Virus record (IMG/VR): IMGVR_UViG_3300039210_000244
Span: 20,462-84,461 of that record
Source: a virus
Length of the DNA stretch: 64,000 bases
Direction: 5' to 3' (one strand)
Positions 9,260 to 19,415 of this stretch are shown here, one piece after another. Every line of letters begins with the position of its first letter. The first letter of the stretch is position 1. The notes below the pieces were generated by a model. That model was not told the DNA's origin and did not search any database. It saw only the letters and a list, made by a program, of their open reading frames with translations. A program made the position numbers and the translations under genes.

Positions 9260-11049
9260 TTCTTCCCTCCGGTGTTTGTCTTCGCAGCGATCATGGTCGG
9301 ATCAGCCTTCGGCATTTCCGGTGCTCCCCGGAAATTGTCGTAGTTGCTGTGCGCTTGACACGCTTCGGGAGTGCCGAGGCACCCGGGGACCAAGACCCAG
9401 CCCGGTTCAACCGCGGTCGGAGCGGGCGTAACTGGAGCGGCGAATATACACGAAAGATTTCCGTCCGGCAGATTCACAGAATCGACAATCGGATAGACCT
9501 GCGTTTCTCCGCCAATCACGCGTTCAGCATAGCCGTTCGCAAACCAATGATCAGGCAAGGCCGACGGACCGAATTCCGCTACGCCGGCGGTGATGCCGGC
9601 CAGCGCATGCGTGACCTGCACGTCCGCTTTCAATTTCGTGCACTTGGCATCGCAGAACACGGCTGCGCAATTCGGCGACAACGAGTAGCGCGGACCTTCG
9701 ATGTCTAGCATCGAGCCGAGACCTTTCAGCTTCATCGTCAGGATCGGACCATCCCCCTTCGGGGCAACGGCCTTGCCCGTGTAGATCAGCTCGGCTGCGG
9801 TTGGGTTGTCTGCCGTCCCCTCGTAAATTTTAACTTCGAGAGGTATTGCGGCCGGCCGGTTGCGGAGCCTCGTAAATGGCGACCCCGCCCAATTTGCGAC
9901 GGTCAAATCACAATCGTTGATCTGGAGGTTGATCTCCTCCGTGATCGTCCCGTGCTCGATCCCGCGGTGCTCGTACGTACCTCCCGGTCCCTCCCCACCA
10001 ACTTCGTACGGTGTGAAGCGCCAAGTCGTATAACCGTCGCTCACGACATATCCGAACCACGGTCCGGGCACGCCGCCGATCGTCACGCCCGGAGTCTCGC
10101 CGGTCAGGACGAGGGTCTCTGTCGGCAGCTTGATAAACTCGATCTGACCGCTCACGCATTCGCCCGCGATCGCCGGAAGCTCCCAGTTCAACGTCAACGC
10201 GTCGCCGTAGAACCGGCCGACGTTGTAAACCGCTGAATCGTTGTTCGACGGGCAGCGCCACGCGCCCACCGTGCCACACCGGTCTCGGAACAGGGTCAGC
10301 AGATAACACGTCTCCGACAGATCCATCGCCTTGAAGTTGATCGTCTGCTTACCGCGCGGAATCTGGGAATAGTATTCGTCGGCGTCCTCGCGACCGAAGC
10401 CGACCTTGGACCGCTTGATCCGCACATCATATTTTTCAGAGTTCGCGCCCCACGTGAACGGAACCGTCAGGGTTGGAACCGTCACCGTGCGCACGACCGA
10501 TGTCGTCAACGCGACGACGTTCGGACGGAGCGCATTTGCGGCTGATCCATTCTCAATCACCTCGAACGAAACGACGTGATCGCCCTGGCCGTTAATCGTT
10601 ATCAGCTCCGGGAATTGCGCGTCGAACCGCCCCCACAGGACCGGAGCAACCATGCACAGCGACGACGGAACGAACGTGGACGGTCCCGCACCGGTTCCAA
10701 TTTCATAAGTGGCAAAATCCGCCTCGAACCAAATCTTCAGCGCGCCAACGACGCTCGCTTCTTTGCCTCCAGAAAGGAGTGTCACCGCCGGCCAGAAGGG
10801 AGTGAGTACCGGACGATTGTCCCACGCGTCGAGCGATGCCGTCAGCACACCGTATTCGCCGGCGGTAAGCAGTCCGGTGAATTTGAAGGACGTAGTGGTT
10901 TCAACCGCCAACGGGAACCGCTCTTCACGATTCGTTTTGCCAGTGTTGCGCGTCGCCTTCGCCAAGATTTTTGCTGCGATCGGCTTCGACCAATCGTGCA
11001 GGTGGGGGATCAGAAATACGGCCTGGCCGAGATATGTCGTGGAGATCAT
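9256..11049 (-). CDS. Distal-tail / hub fusion with DUF2163-BR0599-like Cys-rich C-terminus
   Basis: CAAVFCDAKC and PGCLGTPEAC...NFRGAPEMP; ATG 11049 overlaps tape-measure stop. Confidence 0.8.
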   Translation of the reverse strand: MISTTYLGQAVFLIPHLHDWSKPIAAKILAKATRNTGKTNREERFPLAVETTTSFKFTGLLTAGEYGVLTASLDAWDNRPVLTPFWPAVTLLSGGKEASVVGALKIWFEADFATYEIGTGAGPSTFVPSSLCMVAPVLWGRFDAQFPELITINGQGDHVVSFEVIENGSAANALRPNVVALTTSVVRTVTVPTLTVPFTWGANSEKYDVRIKRSKVGFGREDADEYYSQIPRGKQTINFKAMDLSETCYLLTLFRDRCGTVGAWRCPSNNDSAVYNVGRFYGDALTLNWELPAIAGECVSGQIEFIKLPTETLVLTGETPGVTIGGVPGPWFGYVVSDGYTTWRFTPYEVGGEGPGGTYEHRGIEHGTITEEINLQINDCDLTVANWAGSPFTRLRNRPAAIPLEVKIYEGTADNPTAAELIYTGKAVAPKGDGPILTMKLKGLGSMLDIEGPRYSLSPNCAAVFCDAKCTKLKADVQVTHALAGITAGVAEFGPSALPDHWFANGYAERVIGGETQVYPIVDSVNLPDGNLSCIFAAPVTPAPTAVEPGWVLVPGCLGTPEACQAHSNYDNFRGAPEMPKADPTMIAAKTNTGGKK

Positions 11050-14000
11050 GCGAGTTCGTACTGCACGCCTTTGATGTAATCGTTCATGAAGCGCCGGCCC
11101 GGCATCGTCTGAAGCCATTGCTCTGCCGACTGCTCGTTTCCGAAGTGCGCGACGTTCACGGTCTGGCCACTGCCGGACGAACCGGTGACAACCCCGCTCG
11201 CGCCGCCAGTGGTTGATTTGAGCGCGCCGCCAGCTGCGGCGGAACCTCCACTCTGCACGTAAACGTCAGCCTGCGCCGCGCGCTGCGCGTCAGTCCGCGT
11301 GTCGGAAACAGTTCCGGTCTGCGACTGCGGTCCGCGATAGATACTCACGAGTTTGTCGTCGATGCCGGTAAACAGCATCTTGCCGAGCCAGCCGCCGGTT
11401 TTGAAACCGGGGATCTTCTTCCCCAGCCGAGCCGCTTCGTTGAGCCCCATAAGCCAGCGGTATTTCGGATTCTGCGCGACCTCCGCGGTCTGCACGTATT
11501 CGCCGTTCGACAACCGCGCGTCGATCTTGTCGTCCTTGGGACCGCCCGGACCGACCACGGCACCGCCGCCATCGGCGTAGTTGACCGGGCCACCATCACG
11601 GAAATTCTTTTTCATCACCGCCGCGCCCGCCGCGATGATCGCCGCCAGCGCCGCGATGGCGAGGAATGGCCCAACGTACGGAATGCTCGCGACGGCGGTC
11701 ATGCCTTTGATGCCGGCCTGAATCAGCGAAGATCCGCTCTCAGCGTTCGACGCAGCGATACGTGAGGTGGCGCCGCCGACCGTCACCGCTGTTTTCGTTC
11801 CCTCGGTAGCGATCGTGCCCACAACTTCCTTCGTGCGGAAGATCGCCGAGACCGCGGCCATCAATGTGTGTTTGATGACCCATTGAGCGGCCATGTCGGA
11901 AATCGATTTCACAACCGTCTTGGCGATCCCAAGGAAAACGCCGTTGACCGCTTGGCCGACGGTCATCGTCTTGTTGAGCAAACCCTCGATGCTCCCGGAC
12001 ACGGAATTGATCGCACTGCCCATCACGTCTGCAATTGAGCTTCCGATGGTTTTGAATCCGTTCTGCAGCTGAGTCATGGACGCGGTGACGGATTGGGAGA
12101 GATTGTTTGGATTCGGCCCGGCGTTAGCGGCATCGCCCTGCGCCCGTCCAAGATCGCGGCTCGCGCCAGCCACGTTCGTGTCTCCGATCGCGATCGCTTC
12201 GGGCGAGACGGCATGGCTCCGAATATCCTGCATCTGCTTCAGGTATTCCTTCGCCGCTACCACGGAGTCATCGAGCGCCTGCTTTCGCGCGTTCCATTTC
12301 TCCGCATCGGTGTGCGTGAAATCGGCATCGATATTCGCGAGCCGGAGCTGGATTTCATCCTGCTTATTCTCCAGAGCCAGCTTCTGCACGTCGATTTGTG
12401 CACGGGTCGCCTTCAACTCCGCCTCTTCCACTTTCTTGGCAGCGGCAATCTGATCGTCCGCGGCTTTTTTCTTTTCGTCGGCGATTTTGGTGTCCAGCGC
12501 GCCCTGCTTCGCGCCGATCTCCAGTTTCGTCTCCTGCAATTTAAGGCCCGCTGCCTCAATGGCATTGTCGTCGCCGACGAGGCGCGCGGCTGCTAGATCG
12601 ATTTTATAGATCTCCTCCGCCTTCGCCTTTTCGGCGTCGATCATCACCTGTTTCTTCTGATTGTCGGCAAGGGTATATTGCGCGGTCTCGATCTGATTGG
12701 CGTAGGCGTCCTTCTGCTTGTCGAGTTCGGCTGTCGTTTCCTTGGCCTTGTCCAGCGCCGCGGTTTCGGCCGCTGCTTGTTTCTCTTTTTCTCCACGCGC
12801 CGCCGCTTCGACCTTTAGCCGGGCAGTGACCTTTTCCTTCAGCTGTGTTTCGAGATTCGAAATCTCCTGATTGTAGGCGACGACCTGTTTGCGCTCGTTG
12901 TCGCCGAAGGTGTCGGTTTTTCCTACCGTCACAGTCCCGCCGCCCATGTTAGTCCCCACAACCTGATCTTTGTAGCGGCCCTTCATCAGCGCGTCGCGTT
13001 TTGCGATTAGATCATCAATCTCTTTTCGCGCCGCATCGTTGGCGGTATCCACCCCACCAGCACTCGTCGCCGTCTTGGCAGCATTTCTGATCTGATTCCC
13101 CTTCCCGTAGATTTCCGCGAGCTTGGTGTCGGCCTCCTCAATACCCTTCAAGACCGAATCGCGTATCGAGGCGATAATGATCGCGCCAAGTGCAACGGTC
13201 AGCGCCGCCCCCATGGGTGAAAAAAGAGCCGAACTGATCGACTTCCCAACGCTCGCCCAATTCCAACTAATCATACCCATCGACCATTTTGCCGCGAATC
13301 CCCTACCGAGAGGAACGGCGAGACCCGGCATGATCGACAACATTTTGGACAACCCGGAGAACGCACCAAAGCCGACCGCAGCCGTCGTCAGTCCTTCTCC
13401 GATCGCGCTGATTGCAGCACCATAGTCGGCGAGAAAACGGGTAATGTCCGCCTTCCACTCCAAAAGGCGAAGGTTCATCGGAGCGAAGGCGATGGAGAGA
13501 CGATTGGACGCGTGTTCACCCGCGAAAGCCGTCTCCACGAGCGCGTCTGACATCTCCTTCGAGAGAATTCCGGCGGTCTTCTGCACACTCTTCGACATCG
13601 CATCAAATCCCTGCTCATTGAGTGTCTTCAACACATCCAGCATCGGTCCCGCAAAGCGCCCGAAGAGTGTCATCGACAAACGCGCTTTTTCGTTCTCGCT
13701 AGAGATCTTCGAGAACGATCTCGCGAGCTCTTCGAGCTGTTGCTGCATCGGCAGCGCGTCAAGCGCCTTGGGGTCGAGACCCAATTGTGATCCAAACATC
13801 GCCGCTTGCGGTCCCTTCGGATCAATCAGCGCCGCGCCGAGCGCCGCACGATACTGCTGGAGGTGCATCGCCAGCTCCGAAAACGCCATCTTGCCACCGG
13901 CCGCCAAGACCTGCGTCGCATCGCCCGCAAGGCCGGTGGCACGCGTCACCCGCCACATCTCATCCGCCAACCGACTCGATCCGTTGACCGCCTCCCCGAT

Positions 14001-14222
14001 CTTCTCGGTGATCGCCTGAATCCCGATGGTCGCGATACCGAAGGCGGCGCCAAACTCCAGGAGACTATGGCCAGTCTCGGTCAGCTTTGAGTCGAGTTTG
14101 GAAACCTCCTCGGTGGTGCCCTTGACTTCTTGTTTGGCCGTTACAAATCCTTTGGCCATATCTGTCAATCCGGCGAGGTCCGCCTGAATTTTCAGCAGGA
14201 TAGAGGTGGATGTATCGGGCAT
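11046..14222 (-). CDS. Tape measure protein
   Basis: About 1058 aa, Ala-rich helical; LFGR motif; C-terminal GPGGPKDDKIDARLSNGEYV motif. Confidence 0.9.
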   Translation of the reverse strand: MPDTSTSILLKIQADLAGLTDMAKGFVTAKQEVKGTTEEVSKLDSKLTETGHSLLEFGAAFGIATIGIQAITEKIGEAVNGSSRLADEMWRVTRATGLAGDATQVLAAGGKMAFSELAMHLQQYRAALGAALIDPKGPQAAMFGSQLGLDPKALDALPMQQQLEELARSFSKISSENEKARLSMTLFGRFAGPMLDVLKTLNEQGFDAMSKSVQKTAGILSKEMSDALVETAFAGEHASNRLSIAFAPMNLRLLEWKADITRFLADYGAAISAIGEGLTTAAVGFGAFSGLSKMLSIMPGLAVPLGRGFAAKWSMGMISWNWASVGKSISSALFSPMGAALTVALGAIIIASIRDSVLKGIEEADTKLAEIYGKGNQIRNAAKTATSAGGVDTANDAARKEIDDLIAKRDALMKGRYKDQVVGTNMGGGTVTVGKTDTFGDNERKQVVAYNQEISNLETQLKEKVTARLKVEAAARGEKEKQAAAETAALDKAKETTAELDKQKDAYANQIETAQYTLADNQKKQVMIDAEKAKAEEIYKIDLAAARLVGDDNAIEAAGLKLQETKLEIGAKQGALDTKIADEKKKAADDQIAAAKKVEEAELKATRAQIDVQKLALENKQDEIQLRLANIDADFTHTDAEKWNARKQALDDSVVAAKEYLKQMQDIRSHAVSPEAIAIGDTNVAGASRDLGRAQGDAANAGPNPNNLSQSVTASMTQLQNGFKTIGSSIADVMGSAINSVSGSIEGLLNKTMTVGQAVNGVFLGIAKTVVKSISDMAAQWVIKHTLMAAVSAIFRTKEVVGTIATEGTKTAVTVGGATSRIAASNAESGSSLIQAGIKGMTAVASIPYVGPFLAIAALAAIIAAGAAVMKKNFRDGGPVNYADGGGAVVGPGGPKDDKIDARLSNGEYVQTAEVAQNPKYRWLMGLNEAARLGKKIPGFKTGGWLGKMLFTGIDDKLVSIYRGPQSQTGTVSDTRTDAQRAAQADVYVQSGGSAAAGGALKSTTGGASGVVTGSSGSGQTVNVAHFGNEQSAEQWLQTMPGRRFMNDYIKGVQYELA

Positions 14223-14249
14223 AACGCACCGCACGGAATCCCAGCGAGC

Positions 14250-14265
14250 CCGTCAAATTTTACCT
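14250..14265 (-). promoter_or_regulatory. Class-II promoter-like site AGGTAAAATTTGACGG (exact copy at 16142-16157; variants at 19401, 22207, 22698, 23345)
   Basis: 16-bp exact repeat upstream of tape-measure and tail-tube genes; contains TTGACG. Confidence 0.55.
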
Positions 14266-14341
14266 CCTAAAAATATACTTTCGAAAGCCGTCTGCGCGCT
14301 TTGCGACTTGTCCGCGTAGGTTTAACCGGCTACCAGCGGAA

Positions 14342-14818
14342 ATGACTCGCCACATTTTCGTATCAGTTTTGGCACTCGCATCGCTGTTTTTGGCGGGCTG
14401 CAAGCAGAGCGACAAATTCAAGACCCATGCAGAGACATGGCTGATCCACTCCGAAGGAGCACCCAACAGCCTGAATCTGCGGCTGCTGCAGGCAGCACAA
14501 TTCATCAAGCCCGATGAACTGTTGAGCAAGGACGAGATCGCACGGATATGGGCCGTGATCGATGAATCGACCGGAAACCAATGGCTGGCGACCTCAGCCA
14601 CCCAGATCCGAGCTTCTTTCAATCAGATTGGTCAGCCGCCATCGGAGTTTCGTGATACCTACGCTGACATGCAGCAGTTCACGCGGCTAATCGAAGAGGC
14701 CGTAGTTTACGAAATGAACCACAGGGACGATCCGCGGGAAGTCTATGCGACCGTCAAGCCGATGACAGACCGAGCAGAACAGTTACTTGCCGTGATCCGT
14801 CTCCGGCTTGGGAAGTGA
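14342..14818 (+). CDS. Lipoprotein moron on the opposite strand
   Basis: Lipobox LFLAG-C; inserted between chaperone and tape-measure genes. Confidence 0.75.
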   Translation: MTRHIFVSVLALASLFLAGCKQSDKFKTHAETWLIHSEGAPNSLNLRLLQAAQFIKPDELLSKDEIARIWAVIDESTGNQWLATSATQIRASFNQIGQPPSEFRDTYADMQQFTRLIEEAVVYEMNHRDDPREVYATVKPMTDRAEQLLAVIRLRLGK

Positions 14819-15088
14819 CGGCGGCACCGCCGGGCGCGGGGTTTCCGCTACGAGCGCGAGCAGCTTCGAGAACAGGCTGTTCTTTTTCTTCTCGGCCGGG
14901 GTCAGCGGACGAATGATCGCTTTCAGCGCGGAGGCGCAACGGTCAAACGCACTTCCACCTTTCTCGCCGACAAGCAGCGGAGCAACCGCAGCGTGAACCG
15001 TGTCGAGATTCTGCAACGCGAGCGCAGCGTCCCGGCGATCACAGCCGGCCAACGCCACGCGGATTTGGGGCACGGACATTTCTCGCAC
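14783..15088 (-). CDS. Tail assembly chaperone, gpT-like portion
   Basis: Position between gpG-like gene and TMP; frame stays open upstream into the gpG-like gene. Confidence 0.6.
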   Translation of the reverse strand: MREMSVPQIRVALAGCDRRDAALALQNLDTVHAAVAPLLVGEKGGSAFDRCASALKAIIRPLTPAEKKKNSLFSKLLALVAETPRPAVPPSLPKPETDHGK

Positions 15089-15114
15089 CTCGAACCAAGT
15101 ACCTACGCCCCTAG

Positions 15115-15522
15115 CTACGGCGTCGCCAAGGAATTCGTCAAGGCGGACACTTCTTGCGAGCTGATCGCCATCGGCTTCACGCCCTGTAGTGTCTTCTTTT
15201 GGCGGGCAAGAAGACGGGCAAAGCGAGGGTCATTTTGGGCTTTCCCCAATTCGTCGATCGCGTAGAGCGAATCGTCGTCGAGGGTTTCCGCCCAGCCCTT
15301 CGGCATGTCGGTCACGAATTCAACGAACGCGTGAATGTCGCCGATTGTGTCGAAATACTGCGCCACTTTCGTGAGTGGGACCAAACGCACGTTTACGACT
15401 TCCGTCGCTCCGTGCATGTAGGTGATCGGCTGGTCTTGCCCCCTGCCGTCGTGGTGCACAACCGTTGCCGGCTGTGCACCGTTGATGATTGTCTGTGCCG
15501 CTATCGGGTTCGGTTCGCTCAT
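15115..15522 (-). CDS. Tail assembly chaperone, gpG-like
   Basis: Directly downstream of tail tube gene. Confidence 0.65.
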   Translation of the reverse strand: MSEPNPIAAQTIINGAQPATVVHHDGRGQDQPITYMHGATEVVNVRLVPLTKVAQYFDTIGDIHAFVEFVTDMPKGWAETLDDDSLYAIDELGKAQNDPRFARLLARQKKTLQGVKPMAISSQEVSALTNSLATP

Positions 15523-15566
15523 TTCAGTTCGGGATCAGTTCGTTTCAGGTTCTAAAAAAATCAGGA

Positions 15567-16070
15567 TCAGGCGAGCAACGCGTTAGGCGTGAGCACGACC
15601 TTCTCCAGCGCGTCGATCTTGATCGTCGCCTTGGTGACCTCGCCGGCGGTCAGCTTGAAACCGCCGTCGAGCTGCCAGCTCGCTTTGAAAATGTTCGAGT
15701 GCAGGGCAATCGCGGTCACGGCATCATCGGGATCGACGATGAAGACTTCGGCGGTGCCGGTGGAGAAACCGCCTTCGATTCCAGTGGAACCAGCGAACGC
15801 GCCCGCGAGCGTCTTCACGTCTTCAACCTCGAACTTGAACCCCTGCGTACGTTTCTTCGGCACGGTGCGATCGGGGCGGAGGAAACCGTCAGCGTCCGGA
15901 ACCTCGCGCTGCGTGGTCTCGATCGTTTGCTCGTAATCACAAAGCTTCCCAATAATTGAAACCGGTGTTTGCGGAACGCCGGCTACCGACGGGGTAAGCG
16001 TGACGTACGTTTTACGAGGAATTATGGTCTTCGTCGGGTCGAAGGTAACGGTTGGGATCACGATAGGCAT
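15567..16070 (-). CDS. Tail tube (major tail) protein
   Basis: 167 aa, Thr/Val-rich beta protein in canonical position; long GAA leader. Confidence 0.7.
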   Translation of the reverse strand: MPIVIPTVTFDPTKTIIPRKTYVTLTPSVAGVPQTPVSIIGKLCDYEQTIETTQREVPDADGFLRPDRTVPKKRTQGFKFEVEDVKTLAGAFAGSTGIEGGFSTGTAEVFIVDPDDAVTAIALHSNIFKASWQLDGGFKLTAGEVTKATIKIDALEKVVLTPNALLA

Positions 16071-16166
16071 GGTAGGAGTCGGTTCAGGTTCAATTCAGGT
16101 TCAGGTTCTTTGCTCCTCTGTCGTCGGAGTCCGCGCACCCTCCGTCAAATTTTACCTGTTTAATTC

Positions 16167-16517
16167 TCAGCGCATCGCCAACCGCCGCCGTCTCGCCCGA
16201 TAATCAGCGGTCAGCTTGCGCTCGATCCCGCCCTTTGGAGGCGTCTTTTTTCGCTGGATACCCGCAAGGCAGGTGACGAGGCGATCGCTTACCGCATCGT
16301 AAACCACGGTCATCGCCTTTCCGTACATCCGCACCTTCCAGATCGTTCGCGCTTTTGATGTTCCTGCGCCGACGAACCGTACGCACTCGCGACCTTCGCG
16401 CACCGCGGTTAGAATCACATCGTAGCTTGAAGGGTAGAGCTTGAGCCCAAGGCGCTCGTTCGCGCGCCGGATGAAGTGCCTCTCCTGCGCAAGCTGCGTG
16501 ACCGCGAGATCGTTCAT
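16167..16517 (-). CDS. Hypothetical basic protein (possible RNase/toxin-like fold)
   Basis: HFIRRANERLG...VVYD...LVT pattern. Confidence 0.45.
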   Translation of the reverse strand: MNDLAVTQLAQERHFIRRANERLGLKLYPSSYDVILTAVREGRECVRFVGAGTSKARTIWKVRMYGKAMTVVYDAVSDRLVTCLAGIQRKKTPPKGGIERKLTADYRARRRRLAMR

Positions 16518-16650
16518 GGTGAGACCGCCCGATTACGACGCCGGCATTTCGGTAACACGTTTGAGGTCGGATCCGGCCGCGGAACACGCGGGTAACACGG
16601 ACGCGCAAACTGGCGCGTCTGCACCGCAAGCCAGAGGATAACCGCCGCGG

Positions 16651-17196
16651 TCATAGAGCATACATGTCCGCGGTGATCGGGGACAGCCGGCGGTTCGCGC
16701 GGCGTCCAGTCGGAACGACGAACGAGAGATCCAACTGCCAGAGAAACGACTGCTCGCTGATCTCCGACATGCGTCCGTCCCAAGTGAACGCCTCCGTGAG
16801 CAGCGCGACTGACGGCTCATTCTTACCGGCAACGACCGTCCCGTCGGCATTGTGCACCTTGAGGAGCAGTTCCGGCTTGAGATCCGACGGCGCCGTCTCG
16901 ATCGCGTCCATCAAACTCTCGGCCCAATCGAGCAGACCTGGCTCAGCGCGCGGATCGAGCTTCACGAAGTCCTGCTTCTTCTTCGTGCGAAGGAACAGTG
17001 AGACCTTGCCAGTGGCTTTGCCGCCGACGCTCTCTGTCATCGTGAGGTCAACCATCGTCACGAGCGGCAGATCCTTCTCACCGGTGATCGTAAACTCGTT
17101 GCCCTTTTTCACGGCAAGGCCAGCCAGCAGACCGTAAGTCTGCGAGTGAAAAACGAGGCGCGTCCAGATTTCGCGAGCGATGGCGGAGTAGATCAT
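16651..17196 (-). CDS. Putative tail terminator
   Basis: Position; DLPLVTM motif. Confidence 0.55.
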   Translation of the reverse strand: MIYSAIAREIWTRLVFHSQTYGLLAGLAVKKGNEFTITGEKDLPLVTMVDLTMTESVGGKATGKVSLFLRTKKKQDFVKLDPRAEPGLLDWAESLMDAIETAPSDLKPELLLKVHNADGTVVAGKNEPSVALLTEAFTWDGRMSEISEQSFLWQLDLSFVVPTGRRANRRLSPITADMYAL

Positions 17197-17453
17197 TTGA
17201 GAGTGATGTTTTTACTGTCTGACCAAAGCAGCTCCCAATGGTCGCCACAGTCGGCGACGTTGTGCTTTGTGCACTCGGTTTCGGTACGAACAAAAGCCAG
17301 CACGAATTCAGTGGGACGGATGCGGACACGAACACGCCCAACAGGCGTCGGAACGATCGGCTTCACAGGATCGGCCTCGGGGCCGTACAGGATTTGCTCC
17401 GCGTCGATTTCGGTCCCGCAGACCGTGATGATTTTACTCATGGGGTAGCTCAT
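17193..17453 (-). CDS. Hypothetical protein
   Basis: ATGA overlaps at both ends. Confidence 0.55.
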   Translation of the reverse strand: MSYPMSKIITVCGTEIDAEQILYGPEADPVKPIVPTPVGRVRVRIRPTEFVLAFVRTETECTKHNVADCGDHWELLWSDSKNITLK

Positions 17454-17977
17454 TTGATTACTTTCTGCAGGAAGGATTTCATTTCCGCTTGGAGTAGCGC
17501 ACGCGCCTTGGGCCGCATGTTCTCGACGATTCGCATCGCCTTGATTCCGCGCACGCGCTTCGCCAAAACGTAGTCGGTCCCGAACTTCATCCCGGGCGTC
17601 CAGCCGCCAACTGCTGCGGTCGAGGTGAGGGGAATAAATAGCAGCCGCGCAGTCTTCGGATAGATGTAGCCGCCATTGCTCGTCGGCGTGCCGGCGTTGC
17701 CGGTTCCCTTCTCCAGCCAAAGCATGATCTTGTTCGGGTTGGCCGGATTCCCGTCGGTCGAATTGAAGATCAGCCGCTCGCTATCGTTTGTCTTCAGGAT
17801 CGTCCAATTCCGACGCGTGTTGCCGGTCCAGCCCTTCGGCGTGGCGGCGATCAAAGCCGTCCTCGTTCTCCACGCGGCGATCTCAACTGGCTTGTCAAAC
17901 GACTTGTCGGTCAGCGCCAGCTTTATCCGAGCGATCATGCGATCACCGGCGTCGGTGTTGGCGGTCGCGCGAATCAT
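17450..17977 (-). CDS. HK97 gp10-like neck/tail-completion protein
   Basis: TPKGWTGNTRRNW...WLEKGT...IYPK...VRGIKA basic motifs. Confidence 0.7.
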   Translation of the reverse strand: MIRATANTDAGDRMIARIKLALTDKSFDKPVEIAAWRTRTALIAATPKGWTGNTRRNWTILKTNDSERLIFNSTDGNPANPNKIMLWLEKGTGNAGTPTSNGGYIYPKTARLLFIPLTSTAAVGGWTPGMKFGTDYVLAKRVRGIKAMRIVENMRPKARALLQAEMKSFLQKVIK

Positions 17978-18615
17978 ACGAGCCCGATTCGGTAGCGATC
18001 CAAAATATCCGTGACCTCAGCGGGGATCTTGCGAAGCGTGACCGTTTGCCGGTCGCCATTCACGCCGACGTACTCGCGCGTCGAACGGCCTGAACTGACC
18101 GCGGCAAAGATCGTGCACGCGCGGGTGATGTTGGCTGGGATGCCTGTTGGCGGGACCGTCAACGGGTTCGTTGCATCGAGCGCATAGCCAAATTTACCCT
18201 GTAGCGTGATCTGCTTCAGCAGCGGAAACGTGCGACCTCCGTTGAGCACGTCCATTCGAAATGTGTCCGGGCGAAGCCAGCGACCGACGCGGACAATCTT
18301 AGCATCCTTCGAGAATGGCGCCGTCTCCAGTCGGTATTGATCGGCCGGCAAAACCTCGCCGTCCACTTGGATCTCCGTGAGCTCGATGCACGGGAACGGC
18401 AGCCAAATCCTATTCAGAGCGATCCAGTATGACGGCACTACGAGCACCGAGGATGAGTGGTCGTGGAACAGGAAGTCGCGATGACAGTAATCGTCGATCG
18501 CTCGCGACGCCGCGTTGATGCAGTCCGTGAACAGGTCTATTTCGGTATCGTCGGTGTTGCGCGTTTCAGCCTGAACGTTCGCGACGGTACAATACGGATA
18601 AAGGAGCGTGCTCAT
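17974..18615 (-). CDS. Head-tail connector (gp6/gp15-like)
   Basis: YCTVANVQ...INAASRAIDDYCHRDF...IPANITRAC...ILDRYR. Confidence 0.8.
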   Translation of the reverse strand: MSTLLYPYCTVANVQAETRNTDDTEIDLFTDCINAASRAIDDYCHRDFLFHDHSSSVLVVPSYWIALNRIWLPFPCIELTEIQVDGEVLPADQYRLETAPFSKDAKIVRVGRWLRPDTFRMDVLNGGRTFPLLKQITLQGKFGYALDATNPLTVPPTGIPANITRACTIFAAVSSGRSTREYVGVNGDRQTVTLRKIPAEVTDILDRYRIGLV

Positions 18616-18851
18616 ATTGTGCAGAGCGTAACCATTTTCTTGTCACGCGGAGAGGGAGACTGACCGTGCCAGTAGCGGCGGTGACTCTGGAGTACCTTCG
18701 TCCGGCACTTCTCCACCTCGATCTGGTAGTCCCGCACAACCGCGGCGACTCCATCGTGGGATGCGATCTTCAGCCGGCGGAGCAAGAGATCCTGCTCGGC
18801 GAGAGCGATCACCGATTCCCTGATCGTCTGAGCGAGTTTGTCGCGGTCCAT
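18612..18851 (-). CDS. Hypothetical protein
   Basis: ATGA overlap with connector gene. Confidence 0.45.
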   Translation of the reverse strand: MDRDKLAQTIRESVIALAEQDLLLRRLKIASHDGVAAVVRDYQIEVEKCRTKVLQSHRRYWHGQSPSPRDKKMVTLCTI

Positions 18852-18923
18852 AAGCTGAGCGGTTTAGCCCGCAGCTGCCGCGGGCAGGTGAAAGAAAAAG
18901 AGCGGCGCAACGGCCGCTCTCGT

Positions 18924-19121
18924 TTACTCAGCGGACGGCTTCGCTACTTGGCCGGTCTTTGCGGGAACAGGAACCTCGGGAACGAGCTTGAACTGTTCTG
19001 GCGCGTGCTTCTCAAGGCCAGCGGCCTGTTCGGCCGTGACTGTGATGATGCAGCCTTCGGTGACTAGACCGACGCCAGCAAGATTCTGTTTCACTTTACC
19101 AATGTATTTATAGCGCGGCAT
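18924..19121 (-). CDS. Small post-capsid protein
   Basis: GAA leader; followed by hairpin/T-run at about 18893-18921. Confidence 0.6.
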   Translation of the reverse strand: MPRYKYIGKVKQNLAGVGLVTEGCIITVTAEQAAGLEKHAPEQFKLVPEVPVPAKTGQVAKPSAE

Positions 19122-19415
19122 AAAATTCGTTTCGGGTTCAATTCAGTTCGGGTACAAACACCGTGCGAAATCGAGTCGCGGCCATGCAAGCAATATCGCT
19201 GAAAATCAATCAGCAGCCGTTGTCCCTTCAACGCACAGCGCGAATCTCATCGGACTCGATACAGAACGGCGGCAGAAAAAAGAGCCCCGTTAAATCGAAA
19301 AGAAAAGGCCGGCTCCACCCGATGGAACCGGCCTCCCGATTAACAAGAGCAAGGAACAAGCTCGCTCTACCCATCAGCATCAGCGGGCGCGGACGCGTAT
19401 CCGTCAAACAATTCC

